Assembly (NCBI GenBank): GCA_020635725.1
Contig: JACJZF010000001.1
Location: 505,947 to 569,946 of the forward strand
Direction: 5' to 3'
DNA: 64,000 bases
Origin: Flavobacteriales bacterium
GTDB taxonomy: Bacteria; Bacteroidota; Bacteroidia; Flavobacteriales_F; PHOS-HE28
Position 1 is the stretch's first letter, and each line of letters begins with the position of its first letter. The position numbers and the translations under genes are program-made. This document shows positions 37,825-45,903 of the stretch, piece after piece. Below the pieces are notes generated by a model. The model had not been told where the DNA came from, made no database searches, and was given only the letters and a program-made list of their open reading frames with translations.

Positions 37825-38001
37825 CGCATGAAGAAGATGCTTTTTCGATTCCTGGCTCGCCTGAACAGGTTGCTGCTCCCCAAATTGTGGAACAAAGACC
37901 TCACTCGGCTGTCGGGCACCCAACGCGCGATCGCCGCTTGGCGCTACTATGTGACGCGGAACGCGCTCTAAGGGCAGGGAACTTGTCAAGCTCGGTCAGC
38001 C

Positions 38002-38562
38002 ATGCACATCAATGGCCCACCGATGTTCGACAAGCACCTCAACCGATTCCGCGAAGGCTTCAAGAAACGGAGCTCCGCCATCAATGAACTGGGATTCGTG
38101 TACAAGCGATTGGAGCGACTGCTGCCAGCGCTCGTGCGCCGTGTGCGCGAGCCGGCCCTCACGGAGGTCCTGCGCGACCAGCACCAAGTGGATGTGGACA
38201 GCAAGGACCGCCTGATACGCGTCGCTCAGGACATGGGTCAGCCGCCGGGCGCCTGTTCCTGCAAGGAGGCGAATGCCTTGGTCGAGGACATCTATTACGC
38301 GGACCGCTCCGCGCCGAATGCCGACTCGCGGACCCGAGGAATCGTGCAATCCCTGAAAGCCGTGCGTTCCTTCCTGGTGCGCACCTGGGGGCGTCTGCTC
38401 GATGAGCTCAGCATGGATGCGCTGGGAGCCTTCCGTGATGAAGCCGCGGCGCTGCAGCAGCAGGAGGCCTCGCAGCACGGTCGCCTCGTGGCCTTCACCA
38501 AGGAACTCGATGCGCATCACCGCCAGGCCCCGGGCACGGACGATGGTCTTCGAGCCGGCTGA
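38002..38562 (+). CDS. Ferritin-like DUF892 (YciE/YciF-like) protein
   Basis: Weak pattern match (L..L...EVLRDQHQVDVDSKDRLIRVAQDMGQPP..C). The strand choice is uncertain. Confidence 0.35.
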   Translation: MHINGPPMFDKHLNRFREGFKKRSSAINELGFVYKRLERLLPALVRRVREPALTEVLRDQHQVDVDSKDRLIRVAQDMGQPPGACSCKEANALVEDIYYADRSAPNADSRTRGIVQSLKAVRSFLVRTWGRLLDELSMDALGAFRDEAAALQQQEASQHGRLVAFTKELDAHHRQAPGTDDGLRAG

Positions 38563-38595
38563 CGATCGCCGGTCGTACGCACCGCGCCGACCTGC

Positions 38596-39465
38596 TCACG
38601 GGATCCACCTCCCCTTGCCGAATTGCGGCTTGCGCTTCTCCAGAAAGGCATTGCGTCCCTCCTTGGCCTCATCGGTCATGTAGGCCAGGCGCGTGGCCTC
38701 ACCGGCAAAGACCTGCTGGCCCACCATGCCATCATCGGTGAGGTTGAAGGCGAACTTCAGCATCTTGATCGATGTGGGCGATTTGGCCAGGATCTCCTGC
38801 GCCCATTGCCAGGCGGTGTCCTCCAGTTCGGCGTGCGGTACGCTGGCGTTCACCATGCCCATCTCGTAGGCGCGGTCCGCGCTGATGTCGCGGCCGAGGA
38901 AGAAGATCTCGCGAGCGCGCTTCTGTCCCACCATCTTGGCGAGGTAGGCGCTGCCGTAGCCGCCATCGAAGCTGGTCACGTCGGCATCGGTCTGCTTGAA
39001 CACCGCGTGCTCCTGGCTCGCGAGGCTCAGGTCGCACACCACGTGCAGGCTATGCCCGCCGCCCACGCACCACCCGGGCACCACCGCGATCACCGCTTTC
39101 GGCATGAAGCGGATCAGGCGTTGCACCTCCAGGATGTTCAGGCGCGGCATGCCGCTGTCATCCACATAGCCTTGGTGTCCGCGCGCGCGCTGGTCGCCGC
39201 CGCTGCAGAAACTCCACACGCCATCCTTCGGGCTCGGTCCCTCGGCGCTGAAGAGCACCACGCCGATCTCGGTGTCCTGGTGCGCGTCGTGGAACGCATC
39301 GAGCAATTCGCTCACCGTATGCGGACGGAAGGCGTTGCGCACCTCCGGTCGGTTGAACGCGATGCGCGCCACGCCTCCGCTCTTGCGATAGGTGATGTCG
39401 GTGTACGTCTTCGCCTCCCGCCATTGCGGCGGGTCGGCCTTTAGCTGCATGCGTGCCTTGGTCAC
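38596..39465 (-). CDS. menB: 1,4-dihydroxy-2-naphthoyl-CoA synthase
   Basis: Full-length crotonase fold with a MenB-specific N-terminus and C-terminus (…KRKPQFGKGRWIP). Confidence 0.9.
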   Translation of the reverse strand: MTKARMQLKADPPQWREAKTYTDITYRKSGGVARIAFNRPEVRNAFRPHTVSELLDAFHDAHQDTEIGVVLFSAEGPSPKDGVWSFCSGGDQRARGHQGYVDDSGMPRLNILEVQRLIRFMPKAVIAVVPGWCVGGGHSLHVVCDLSLASQEHAVFKQTDADVTSFDGGYGSAYLAKMVGQKRAREIFFLGRDISADRAYEMGMVNASVPHAELEDTAWQWAQEILAKSPTSIKMLKFAFNLTDDGMVGQQVFAGEATRLAYMTDEAKEGRNAFLEKRKPQFGKGRWIP

Positions 39466-39475
39466 TTCAGTGCAA

Positions 39476-40204
39476 TCAATGATTTGCTTCGAATCGGATG
39501 AGCATGGTGCGTACGAGGGTTTTCCTCAGTTCTTTCGTTTGGTTGAACATATCAAAGCCCTTCTTGAACATCTGCTGCATCAATTCCGTGTAGCTATCCC
39601 CTGCAATGCTCGGGCGCTCAGATATAGCGATGATATTTCCCAATTGAAGATCGCTTGCTTTAGCTATGGCTTCGGCCTCAGCGCGTGCTCGTCCGATTAC
39701 GCGCGCATGGAAGGACGGGTATTGGGGATCCGGCTGAGCGTAGAATACCTCGTGCACACTCCCTTGATATCCCTCAATTCCCTTCAATAGTTTCTGCAAG
39801 CGGGCAAGCTCTTCCCTTGAGTGCAACGTGACGAGCAATGCCTCGCCGGCCTGCTTCTTTCCTGCCAGCGGAAGCCAACTATTAGGAGTGAGCTCTTCGC
39901 CACTTGCCTTCTGTACTGCCCTGAAATCATTTTTCTGCAACAGCACCTGTACCATTTCGAGGTCCATGGATGGAGGGTGATTTTCGTCCTCGGTATCCAC
40001 GGGAAGCTTGACTCCCATGAAACTGACCTCTTTTCCGCTATCAATCCGGTAAACGATTGATGTGGCCTCGAGGTAGATGGTATCGGTTACTGCAATCTCG
40101 ATGAATGGTGCTTGTGCCTTGACTAAGCACGAGCAGGACACTACAATAAACGCAAGGAGTGAACGGCACATGGAGCGTACGAATGGGGTGTTCTTTGGGG
40201 TCAT
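39476..40204 (-). CDS. SIMPL (DUF541)-like periplasmic protein in a low-GC patch of about 50%
   Basis: Signal peptide MCRSLLAFIVVSCSCLVKAQA. ...RARAEAEAIAKASDLQLGNIIAISE pattern. Confidence 0.45.
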   Translation of the reverse strand: MTPKNTPFVRSMCRSLLAFIVVSCSCLVKAQAPFIEIAVTDTIYLEATSIVYRIDSGKEVSFMGVKLPVDTEDENHPPSMDLEMVQVLLQKNDFRAVQKASGEELTPNSWLPLAGKKQAGEALLVTLHSREELARLQKLLKGIEGYQGSVHEVFYAQPDPQYPSFHARVIGRARAEAEAIAKASDLQLGNIIAISERPSIAGDSYTELMQQMFKKGFDMFNQTKELRKTLVRTMLIRFEANH

Positions 40205-40244
40205 TGGTTAGTTGTGGAGCGCACGGGGAAGGCTACGAATATCG

Positions 40245-41735
40245 CTATGATGATGAGCTTCCGCGCCTTACGGTGCTTGTGCTCTGAGAAGCGTGGGAGT
40301 TGAAGACGAACGCCGCGCACGCCACGCCGATGAAGAGCACAGGCAGGGTGTAGCGCTCCTCCACACCGCGCTGCACGTAGGCGAGGTAGAACAGGTAGAG
40401 CACCGCACCCGCCGCGGTCCAGCGCACGGGCGTTGGGATGCCCGGGAGAAGAGCGAGCGCCACGCAGCAGAAGAGGGCAACATGCAGCAAGGCGCTTAGC
40501 CACCGAAGGACCTCCAACCACCAGATGCCGCGCAGTTTGTGCTGGAAGAGGAAGAGGTTCAGGTTCGAGTGGGCGATGAGATGCTGGAGCACGCGCATCG
40601 GAACCACCACATGATAGTGGAACGGATGCTCATTACGCCAGTCACTGGTAATGCGGGCGAGCGAGGCGTTGATCCGCGCTTCGAGCGCAGTGCTCGTGTG
40701 CAGGGTGCCAGATGAGGATCGCAGGGCCGGACCGAGCTCGATGCAATTGAAGCGCTGCCAGTCGTGGAATGCGCTGGTGACAGCATCGTGCTGCGAGGTG
40801 GACAGCAGGTCATGCGGAGCCAGGTCGAGGTAGCGCTTCGCGTAGGATTCAGCGGTATCACACACCAGCGCGGCACGGAAAGCCGGCTCCATGGTCACAT
40901 GGAAGGCATCGCCGCTCGCGCCCCAGCTCTTCGCCAACTCCCAGAATGCGCCGTGCGCGGGCCGGTTGATGCCGGGTTCGTCAATCCGGTACACGGGATG
41001 AAGGCCGATCAGCTCACCGGCCTTCATGCTGTTCGCGACCCACCATAGGCATGTAGGCAGCGCCGCAAGCACGATCAGGAGAGTCCCGCGAACCGGGCGG
41101 CTGCTCATTAGCGGGGGCATCAGGGCGAAGCCCACCCACCCAAGTGCCGGCCGGGTGAGGATCAGCAAGGACCAAGTGACGAGACCGAGCGTCAGCCAAC
41201 GCTTGTCGGATGTCAGGTGGCCCATGAGCGCGCTGCAGAGCACGATGAGCGAGAGGGCCGGCGTGACCCCTTCGGTGAGTGTGTGGAAGAGGAAGCCGTG
41301 GAAGGTGGGCATCGCCGCGAACGCGATGATCAACGGCCAACGGATGCGCGGATCGATGCCGAGGCGTAAGAGCGTTTCCCATAACAGCGCGACGGAGGCG
41401 GCGTACAGGAGGCATTGAAGGAACACCAGCACGCTGAGCGCGGGCAGGGGTTCCAGGAAGAGCCGCGGCAGCAGGTACCAGATCCGGTAGCCCGGGGAGC
41501 GCAGGTCCACCCGGGCGTGCATCGGCCCGCGCTCCAGGTCTGGCCGGTCGCCGAGCAGCCGGTCCACGGCCTGCAGGTAGGAGGGCGCATCCACCGAGCT
41601 GAGCACGCGGCCATCGATCACCCCGCCGCGCGCGTTGGGCGTTCGTTCCATCTCGTGGATGTTCCACCGGTTCCACGCCTGCGCGCTTGCGAAGGCGAGC
41701 AGGGCGACCAGCAGGTGCACGCGGTAGCGCCGCAT
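40245..41735 (-). CDS. Hypothetical protein with multiple predicted transmembrane segments
   Basis: Start moved to the internal Met (MRRYRVHLLVALLAFASAQAW). About 10 predicted transmembrane segments. Confidence 0.45.
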   Translation of the reverse strand: MRRYRVHLLVALLAFASAQAWNRWNIHEMERTPNARGGVIDGRVLSSVDAPSYLQAVDRLLGDRPDLERGPMHARVDLRSPGYRIWYLLPRLFLEPLPALSVLVFLQCLLYAASVALLWETLLRLGIDPRIRWPLIIAFAAMPTFHGFLFHTLTEGVTPALSLIVLCSALMGHLTSDKRWLTLGLVTWSLLILTRPALGWVGFALMPPLMSSRPVRGTLLIVLAALPTCLWWVANSMKAGELIGLHPVYRIDEPGINRPAHGAFWELAKSWGASGDAFHVTMEPAFRAALVCDTAESYAKRYLDLAPHDLLSTSQHDAVTSAFHDWQRFNCIELGPALRSSSGTLHTSTALEARINASLARITSDWRNEHPFHYHVVVPMRVLQHLIAHSNLNLFLFQHKLRGIWWLEVLRWLSALLHVALFCCVALALLPGIPTPVRWTAAGAVLYLFYLAYVQRGVEERYTLPVLFIGVACAAFVFNSHASQSTSTVRRGSSSS

Positions 41736-41796
41736 GCCGACGAAAGTACCTGCCCGGCTTGCACGGCAAAGGCATGCTCGCCAGCTTGCGCCACCC

Positions 41797-43695
41797 ATGC
41801 GGAACGTATTCCTTCTTCTGGTCCTCCTCGGACTCGTGCACGCACGCGCGCAGGACACCTTGCACGTGCGCGCCCACGACCGCGCCACCGTGGTCACGGA
41901 CCGCTCCACCGGCAACCATCCGTATCCCGTGGCGGTGCGCTTCCCGGCGAAGGAGCTGCCCGTGCGGCGAGTGGTCCTCACGCTCACCCTGGCCTGCCCG
42001 GATGGCATGCGCTGCGGCGATTGGGATTACCTGGACCGCATACTCATTCGGCCGATGCACCGCACGGACACCTTCGAGGTGGCGCGTATGCTCACGCCCT
42101 ACGGTGGCCTGTTCGGGAAGGAATGGCGATTCAGCTGGCAGAGCGATGTCACCGACTTCTCCACGCTGCTCCGCGACAGCGTGGAGGTGATCTACGCGCA
42201 CGGCGGATACGAAGCGAGCGAGGATCGCGGATGGGCCGTGACCACCGACTTCCACTTCGTGCTCGGGCCGCCACCGGCGGAAGTGCTCGCCATCACCGAA
42301 CTGTATCGCGTCACCTTCGTCTATGGCGATCGGTCGCGCAGCATCGAGGCTGATCTGCCTGCTCGATCCATCAGCACCGATGCCCGTGCCGCGCTGCTGA
42401 GGATACGCACCCACCAGACCGGGCACGGCATGAATGCCGATGATGGCTGCGGCGAGTTCTGCAGCAAGTGGCGCAGCATCAAGGTGGATAAGAAGGAGGT
42501 GGGCCGGCGCGCGCTGTGGAAGGGCTGCGGCAGCAACCCGCTCTTCCCGCAGGCGGGCACCTGGCTCTTCGACCGGGCGGATTGGTGCCCCGGCGCGCTC
42601 TACGAGGCCGAGGCGCTCACCGTGCCCATCGCCGCTGGCGCTCACGTGGTCGATATCGACATGGAACCGTACGCGCACGACAGTAGCGAGGCCACCACGG
42701 ACATCGCCGCGTATGCCATTCAGCTGGCCAAGCCGCGCGCGGAATACGATGCGGCCATAGAGGCCATCCTCATCCCGAACGACGATCCCCGCTACGGGCG
42801 CTTCAACCCGGCCGTGCACGAACCGCAGGTGGTGGTGCGCAACCTGGGCAGCGAGCCCATGGACATGGTGCTGGTCGAATACGGCACCGAGGGCTTCCCC
42901 ATGCGCCTCTTCGTGCACGGCAAACGCCTGCGCTTCGGCGAGTCGGACACCGTGATGCTGCCGCACCTCATCGACATGAAGCCGGGGCTCAACACCTTCG
43001 TGGCGAAGCTGAGCAAGCCGGGCAGCCACAAGGATGCCTGGAAGGGGGATAACGTCATGCGCGCCACCTTCACCGCCCCGGATATGCTGGACAGCGTGCT
43101 GGTGGTGCAGCTCCGGACCAACGCGCAACCCGAGCAGAACAGCTTCCGGCTCGCGAACACGAAGGGCCACGCATACATCGATCACCCCCTCGGCAGCCTG
43201 AAACCCGATTCGCTCTACACCGATACGCTGCGCCTGCCGCCCGCGGGTTACGTGATGCAGCTCGCCGACACCGCCGGTGATGGCCTCACCTTCTGGTACA
43301 ATGCCGAAGGCGGCAGCGGGTACCTGCGCCTGCTCGATGGCCAGGGCCGCTTGCTGAAGCGCTTCGAGAGCGATTGCGGCGACGGCCTCACCTACCAGTT
43401 CCGCGTGGGCGATGCTCCAACGCTGCCCGTGGATGACCAGCCCGCGATCAGCGTGTTCCCTTCGCTCACCGCTGGCCCAACCGTGCTCGATTACTTCGCG
43501 AATGAAGCGGCCGCCATCCGCCTGGAGCTGCGCGACGAGCAAGGCACCGTGGTCTGGAGTGAGGCGCTCGCCGATGCGCCCAAGCAGTTCCGCCATTCCT
43601 TGGATCTCTCCAACCAACCCCGCGGCCGCTACACGCTGAAGGTGCTGCGCGATGAGCAGGAGGTCTTCAGCGGCAGGCTGCGGCTGATTGAATAG
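41797..43695 (+). CDS. PNGase F-like (peptide-N-glycosidase F family) protein with a T9SS C-terminal sorting domain
   Basis: CPDGMRCGDWDY...DVTDFSTLL...DFHFVLGPP and GCGEFC...WLFDRADWCPGA align with PNGase F CPNKTCDEWDRY/DVTDFKSLL/GCAEWC/APDRAGWCPGM. The C-terminus carries a Por_Secre_tail. Confidence 0.6.
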   Translation: MRNVFLLLVLLGLVHARAQDTLHVRAHDRATVVTDRSTGNHPYPVAVRFPAKELPVRRVVLTLTLACPDGMRCGDWDYLDRILIRPMHRTDTFEVARMLTPYGGLFGKEWRFSWQSDVTDFSTLLRDSVEVIYAHGGYEASEDRGWAVTTDFHFVLGPPPAEVLAITELYRVTFVYGDRSRSIEADLPARSISTDARAALLRIRTHQTGHGMNADDGCGEFCSKWRSIKVDKKEVGRRALWKGCGSNPLFPQAGTWLFDRADWCPGALYEAEALTVPIAAGAHVVDIDMEPYAHDSSEATTDIAAYAIQLAKPRAEYDAAIEAILIPNDDPRYGRFNPAVHEPQVVVRNLGSEPMDMVLVEYGTEGFPMRLFVHGKRLRFGESDTVMLPHLIDMKPGLNTFVAKLSKPGSHKDAWKGDNVMRATFTAPDMLDSVLVVQLRTNAQPEQNSFRLANTKGHAYIDHPLGSLKPDSLYTDTLRLPPAGYVMQLADTAGDGLTFWYNAEGGSGYLRLLDGQGRLLKRFESDCGDGLTYQFRVGDAPTLPVDDQPAISVFPSLTAGPTVLDYFANEAAAIRLELRDEQGTVVWSEALADAPKQFRHSLDLSNQPRGRYTLKVLRDEQEVFSGRLRLIE

Positions 43696-43745
43696 CGCGC
43701 CGCTCTCCCGCGAGCGCTGCGCGGCTACTTTTGCCGCCCTATCCT

Positions 43746-43817
43746 GACCCCATAGTTCAATGGATAGAATAGGAGTTTCCTAAACTCTTGATCCAGGTTC
43801 GACTCCTGGTGGGGTCA
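43746..43817 (+). tRNA. tRNA-Arg (anticodon CCT)
   Basis: Hand-folded cloverleaf. Acceptor stem gacccca/tggggtc, D-stem gttc/gaat, anticodon stem ggagt/actct with loop ttCCTaa, T-arm ccagg-ttcgact-cctgg. Confidence 0.8.
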
Positions 43818-43963
43818 CGACCTTGGATTTGCTCGGCGCGGCGATCAGCACCCCCCTCCACACCGCCCTGTGTGAAAGTGCGGGGCCCGTGCGGCCGGGC
43901 GCCCACAGCCTGTCTTGACCTTCGGCACGGCCGCACCTGCGTGCGGTCCGCTGCGCCGTACTC

Positions 43964-44956
43964 ATGCACCGAGCCCTTTCCGCACTCCTGGTCCTGCCGG
44001 CCCTGCAGGCCTTGGCGCAGCCGCCGAACAGCGATTGCTCCACCGCGGCATTGCTCTGCGCCGAGCAGCCCATGGCTGGCAACAACACCGGCGCCACCGG
44101 TGCGCTGCCGGGGTTCTGCCCGAGCACCGATCTGCTGCTCTGGTACACCTTCTTCACCAACAGCGTGGGCGGAACGGTGGATGTGCAGCTCAACGGATTG
44201 GATTGCCCGGATGTGGTGGGCATGGGTGATCAGCTGAGCGTGGTGGTGCTCGCGGGCGATGGCAGCTGCACGCCGGCTTCCTTCACGGCAGTGTCGGTTT
44301 GCGCCCAGGACGATGCCGATTTCACCACGACCACCCAAGCGCTGCTGCCGAGCACGCAATACTGGGTGGTGGTGGCGGGAGCCACGAATGGCGGAGCGAC
44401 CATCGCGGCGCAATGCGACTTCGGGATCGTGGTGCAGGGCCCGGGCGCGGATGTGATCGGGGTCGATTTCGATGCCGGCCCCGATCTGGAGGTGGTGGCC
44501 GGATCATCGGTGCAGCTCGAGGTCATCGGAGGCACCAACTGGAACTGGACGCCTACCTCGGGGCTGAGCGGCAATGGCATTCCCAATCCCATCGCCCTGC
44601 CGCAGGAGACCACCCTGTACGAGGTGAGCACCCAGAGCAACGGCTGCACCTACACCGATACGGTGGTGGTGAACGTGCTGGAGCTGATCAATCCGCCGAA
44701 CACCTTCTCGCCCAATGGCGATGGCATCAACGATACCTGGGAGGTGCCCGGCATCGCCGACTACCCGGGCTCCGAAGTGATCATCTGGGACCGCTGGGGG
44801 CAGAAGGTCTTCAGCAGCAACGGCTACCGCGAGGCCTGGGACGGCACCAACAAGGGTCGCGACCTTTCCGAGGGCACGTATTACTACTTCATCCAGCTCA
44901 ACGAGATCGAGGGCCGCAGCGCGCCCTACCTGGGCTTCGTCTCCATCATCCGATGA
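43964..44956 (+). CDS. T9SS type-B (gliding-motility-associated) C-terminal-domain protein
   Basis: Signal peptide. C-terminal FSPNGDGINDTWEV...IWDRWGQKVF...GTYYYFIQ CTD-B. Confidence 0.75.
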   Translation: MHRALSALLVLPALQALAQPPNSDCSTAALLCAEQPMAGNNTGATGALPGFCPSTDLLLWYTFFTNSVGGTVDVQLNGLDCPDVVGMGDQLSVVVLAGDGSCTPASFTAVSVCAQDDADFTTTTQALLPSTQYWVVVAGATNGGATIAAQCDFGIVVQGPGADVIGVDFDAGPDLEVVAGSSVQLEVIGGTNWNWTPTSGLSGNGIPNPIALPQETTLYEVSTQSNGCTYTDTVVVNVLELINPPNTFSPNGDGINDTWEVPGIADYPGSEVIIWDRWGQKVFSSNGYREAWDGTNKGRDLSEGTYYYFIQLNEIEGRSAPYLGFVSIIR

Positions 44957-45891
44957 GGTACGCGCTGCTCCCCCTTCTGTGCATCGCCGCGCTCAGCGCC
45001 GGGGCGCAGCAGCTCTCGCAGTACACGCAATACGTGTTCAATGCCTTCAGCGTGAACCCGGCCGTGGCGGGTAGCAAGGATTGCCTGGACCTGCGCCTGG
45101 GCTACCGCAAGCAGTGGACGGGCTTCGAGGGCGCGCCGGTCACGGGCTGGGCCAGCTTGCATGGCACGCTGCGGACCAAAGGCAAGCCCTTCGTGGCCAA
45201 CAAGCACGGCATCGGCATGTTCGTGGAATCGGACAATGCGGGCAACTGGGGCTACACGCGCATGCTGCTGGCCTATGCCTACCACATGCAGATGTCCCGC
45301 GATTACTACCTCTCCTTCGGGTTCTTCGGCGGGGCGCAACAGGTGAAGTACGATGTGGGCGGGAGCACGGTGGTGAACTACAACGACCCGGCCCTCGACA
45401 GCCGCTCCAGCGTGGTGGTGATCCCGGAGATCACGCCCGGTGTCTGGGCGTACACCAAGGTGGCGTGGGGCGGCATCAGCATGCACCAGGCATTGGGCAA
45501 CAAGATCAACGGCATCGGCACCGATTCGCGCCTGGCGCGCCAATTCATGCTCACCGGCGGCTACAAGTACCGCATCGGGCGCAAGACCGCGCTGGTGCCG
45601 AGCGCCCTGATCAAGCTCTCCAAGGGCGCGCCCGCCGCCATGGACCTCAACGCCATGGTGGAATGGAACCGCCAGTTCGCCCTGGGCGCCGGTTACCGCA
45701 GCGGCGATGCCGTCACCTTCCTGCTCAAGGTGAGCTTCGCCAAGTACTTCCAGCTCGGTTACAGCTACGATGTGACAACCAGCAACATCCGGCTCGCCAG
45801 CAGCAACACGCACGAGGTGATCCTCGCCATCACCCCGTGCGGCAAGGAGGACATGAGCCGCCGGATGATCAATTGCCCCGCCTTCGATTAG
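44953..45891 (+). CDS. PorP/SprF-family T9SS outer-membrane protein
   Basis: QQLSQYTQYVFNAFSVNPAVAG N-terminal signature. ATGA coupling to the upstream CTD-B gene. Confidence 0.8.
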   Translation: MRYALLPLLCIAALSAGAQQLSQYTQYVFNAFSVNPAVAGSKDCLDLRLGYRKQWTGFEGAPVTGWASLHGTLRTKGKPFVANKHGIGMFVESDNAGNWGYTRMLLAYAYHMQMSRDYYLSFGFFGGAQQVKYDVGGSTVVNYNDPALDSRSSVVVIPEITPGVWAYTKVAWGGISMHQALGNKINGIGTDSRLARQFMLTGGYKYRIGRKTALVPSALIKLSKGAPAAMDLNAMVEWNRQFALGAGYRSGDAVTFLLKVSFAKYFQLGYSYDVTTSNIRLASSNTHEVILAITPCGKEDMSRRMINCPAFD

Positions 45892-45903
45892 AACCCTGAC
45901 GCG

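Noticed and set aside
37996-38520. 174-aa minus-strand ORF overlapping the putative DUF892 gene
   Set aside because: The plus-strand frame shows a weak ferritin-like/YciE pattern. The minus frame has none. Both calls remain low-confidence.
43757-44413. 218-aa minus-strand ORF overlapping the tRNA-Arg gene
   Set aside because: It overlaps a well-folded tRNA and the start of the CTD-B gene. The translation is low-complexity.
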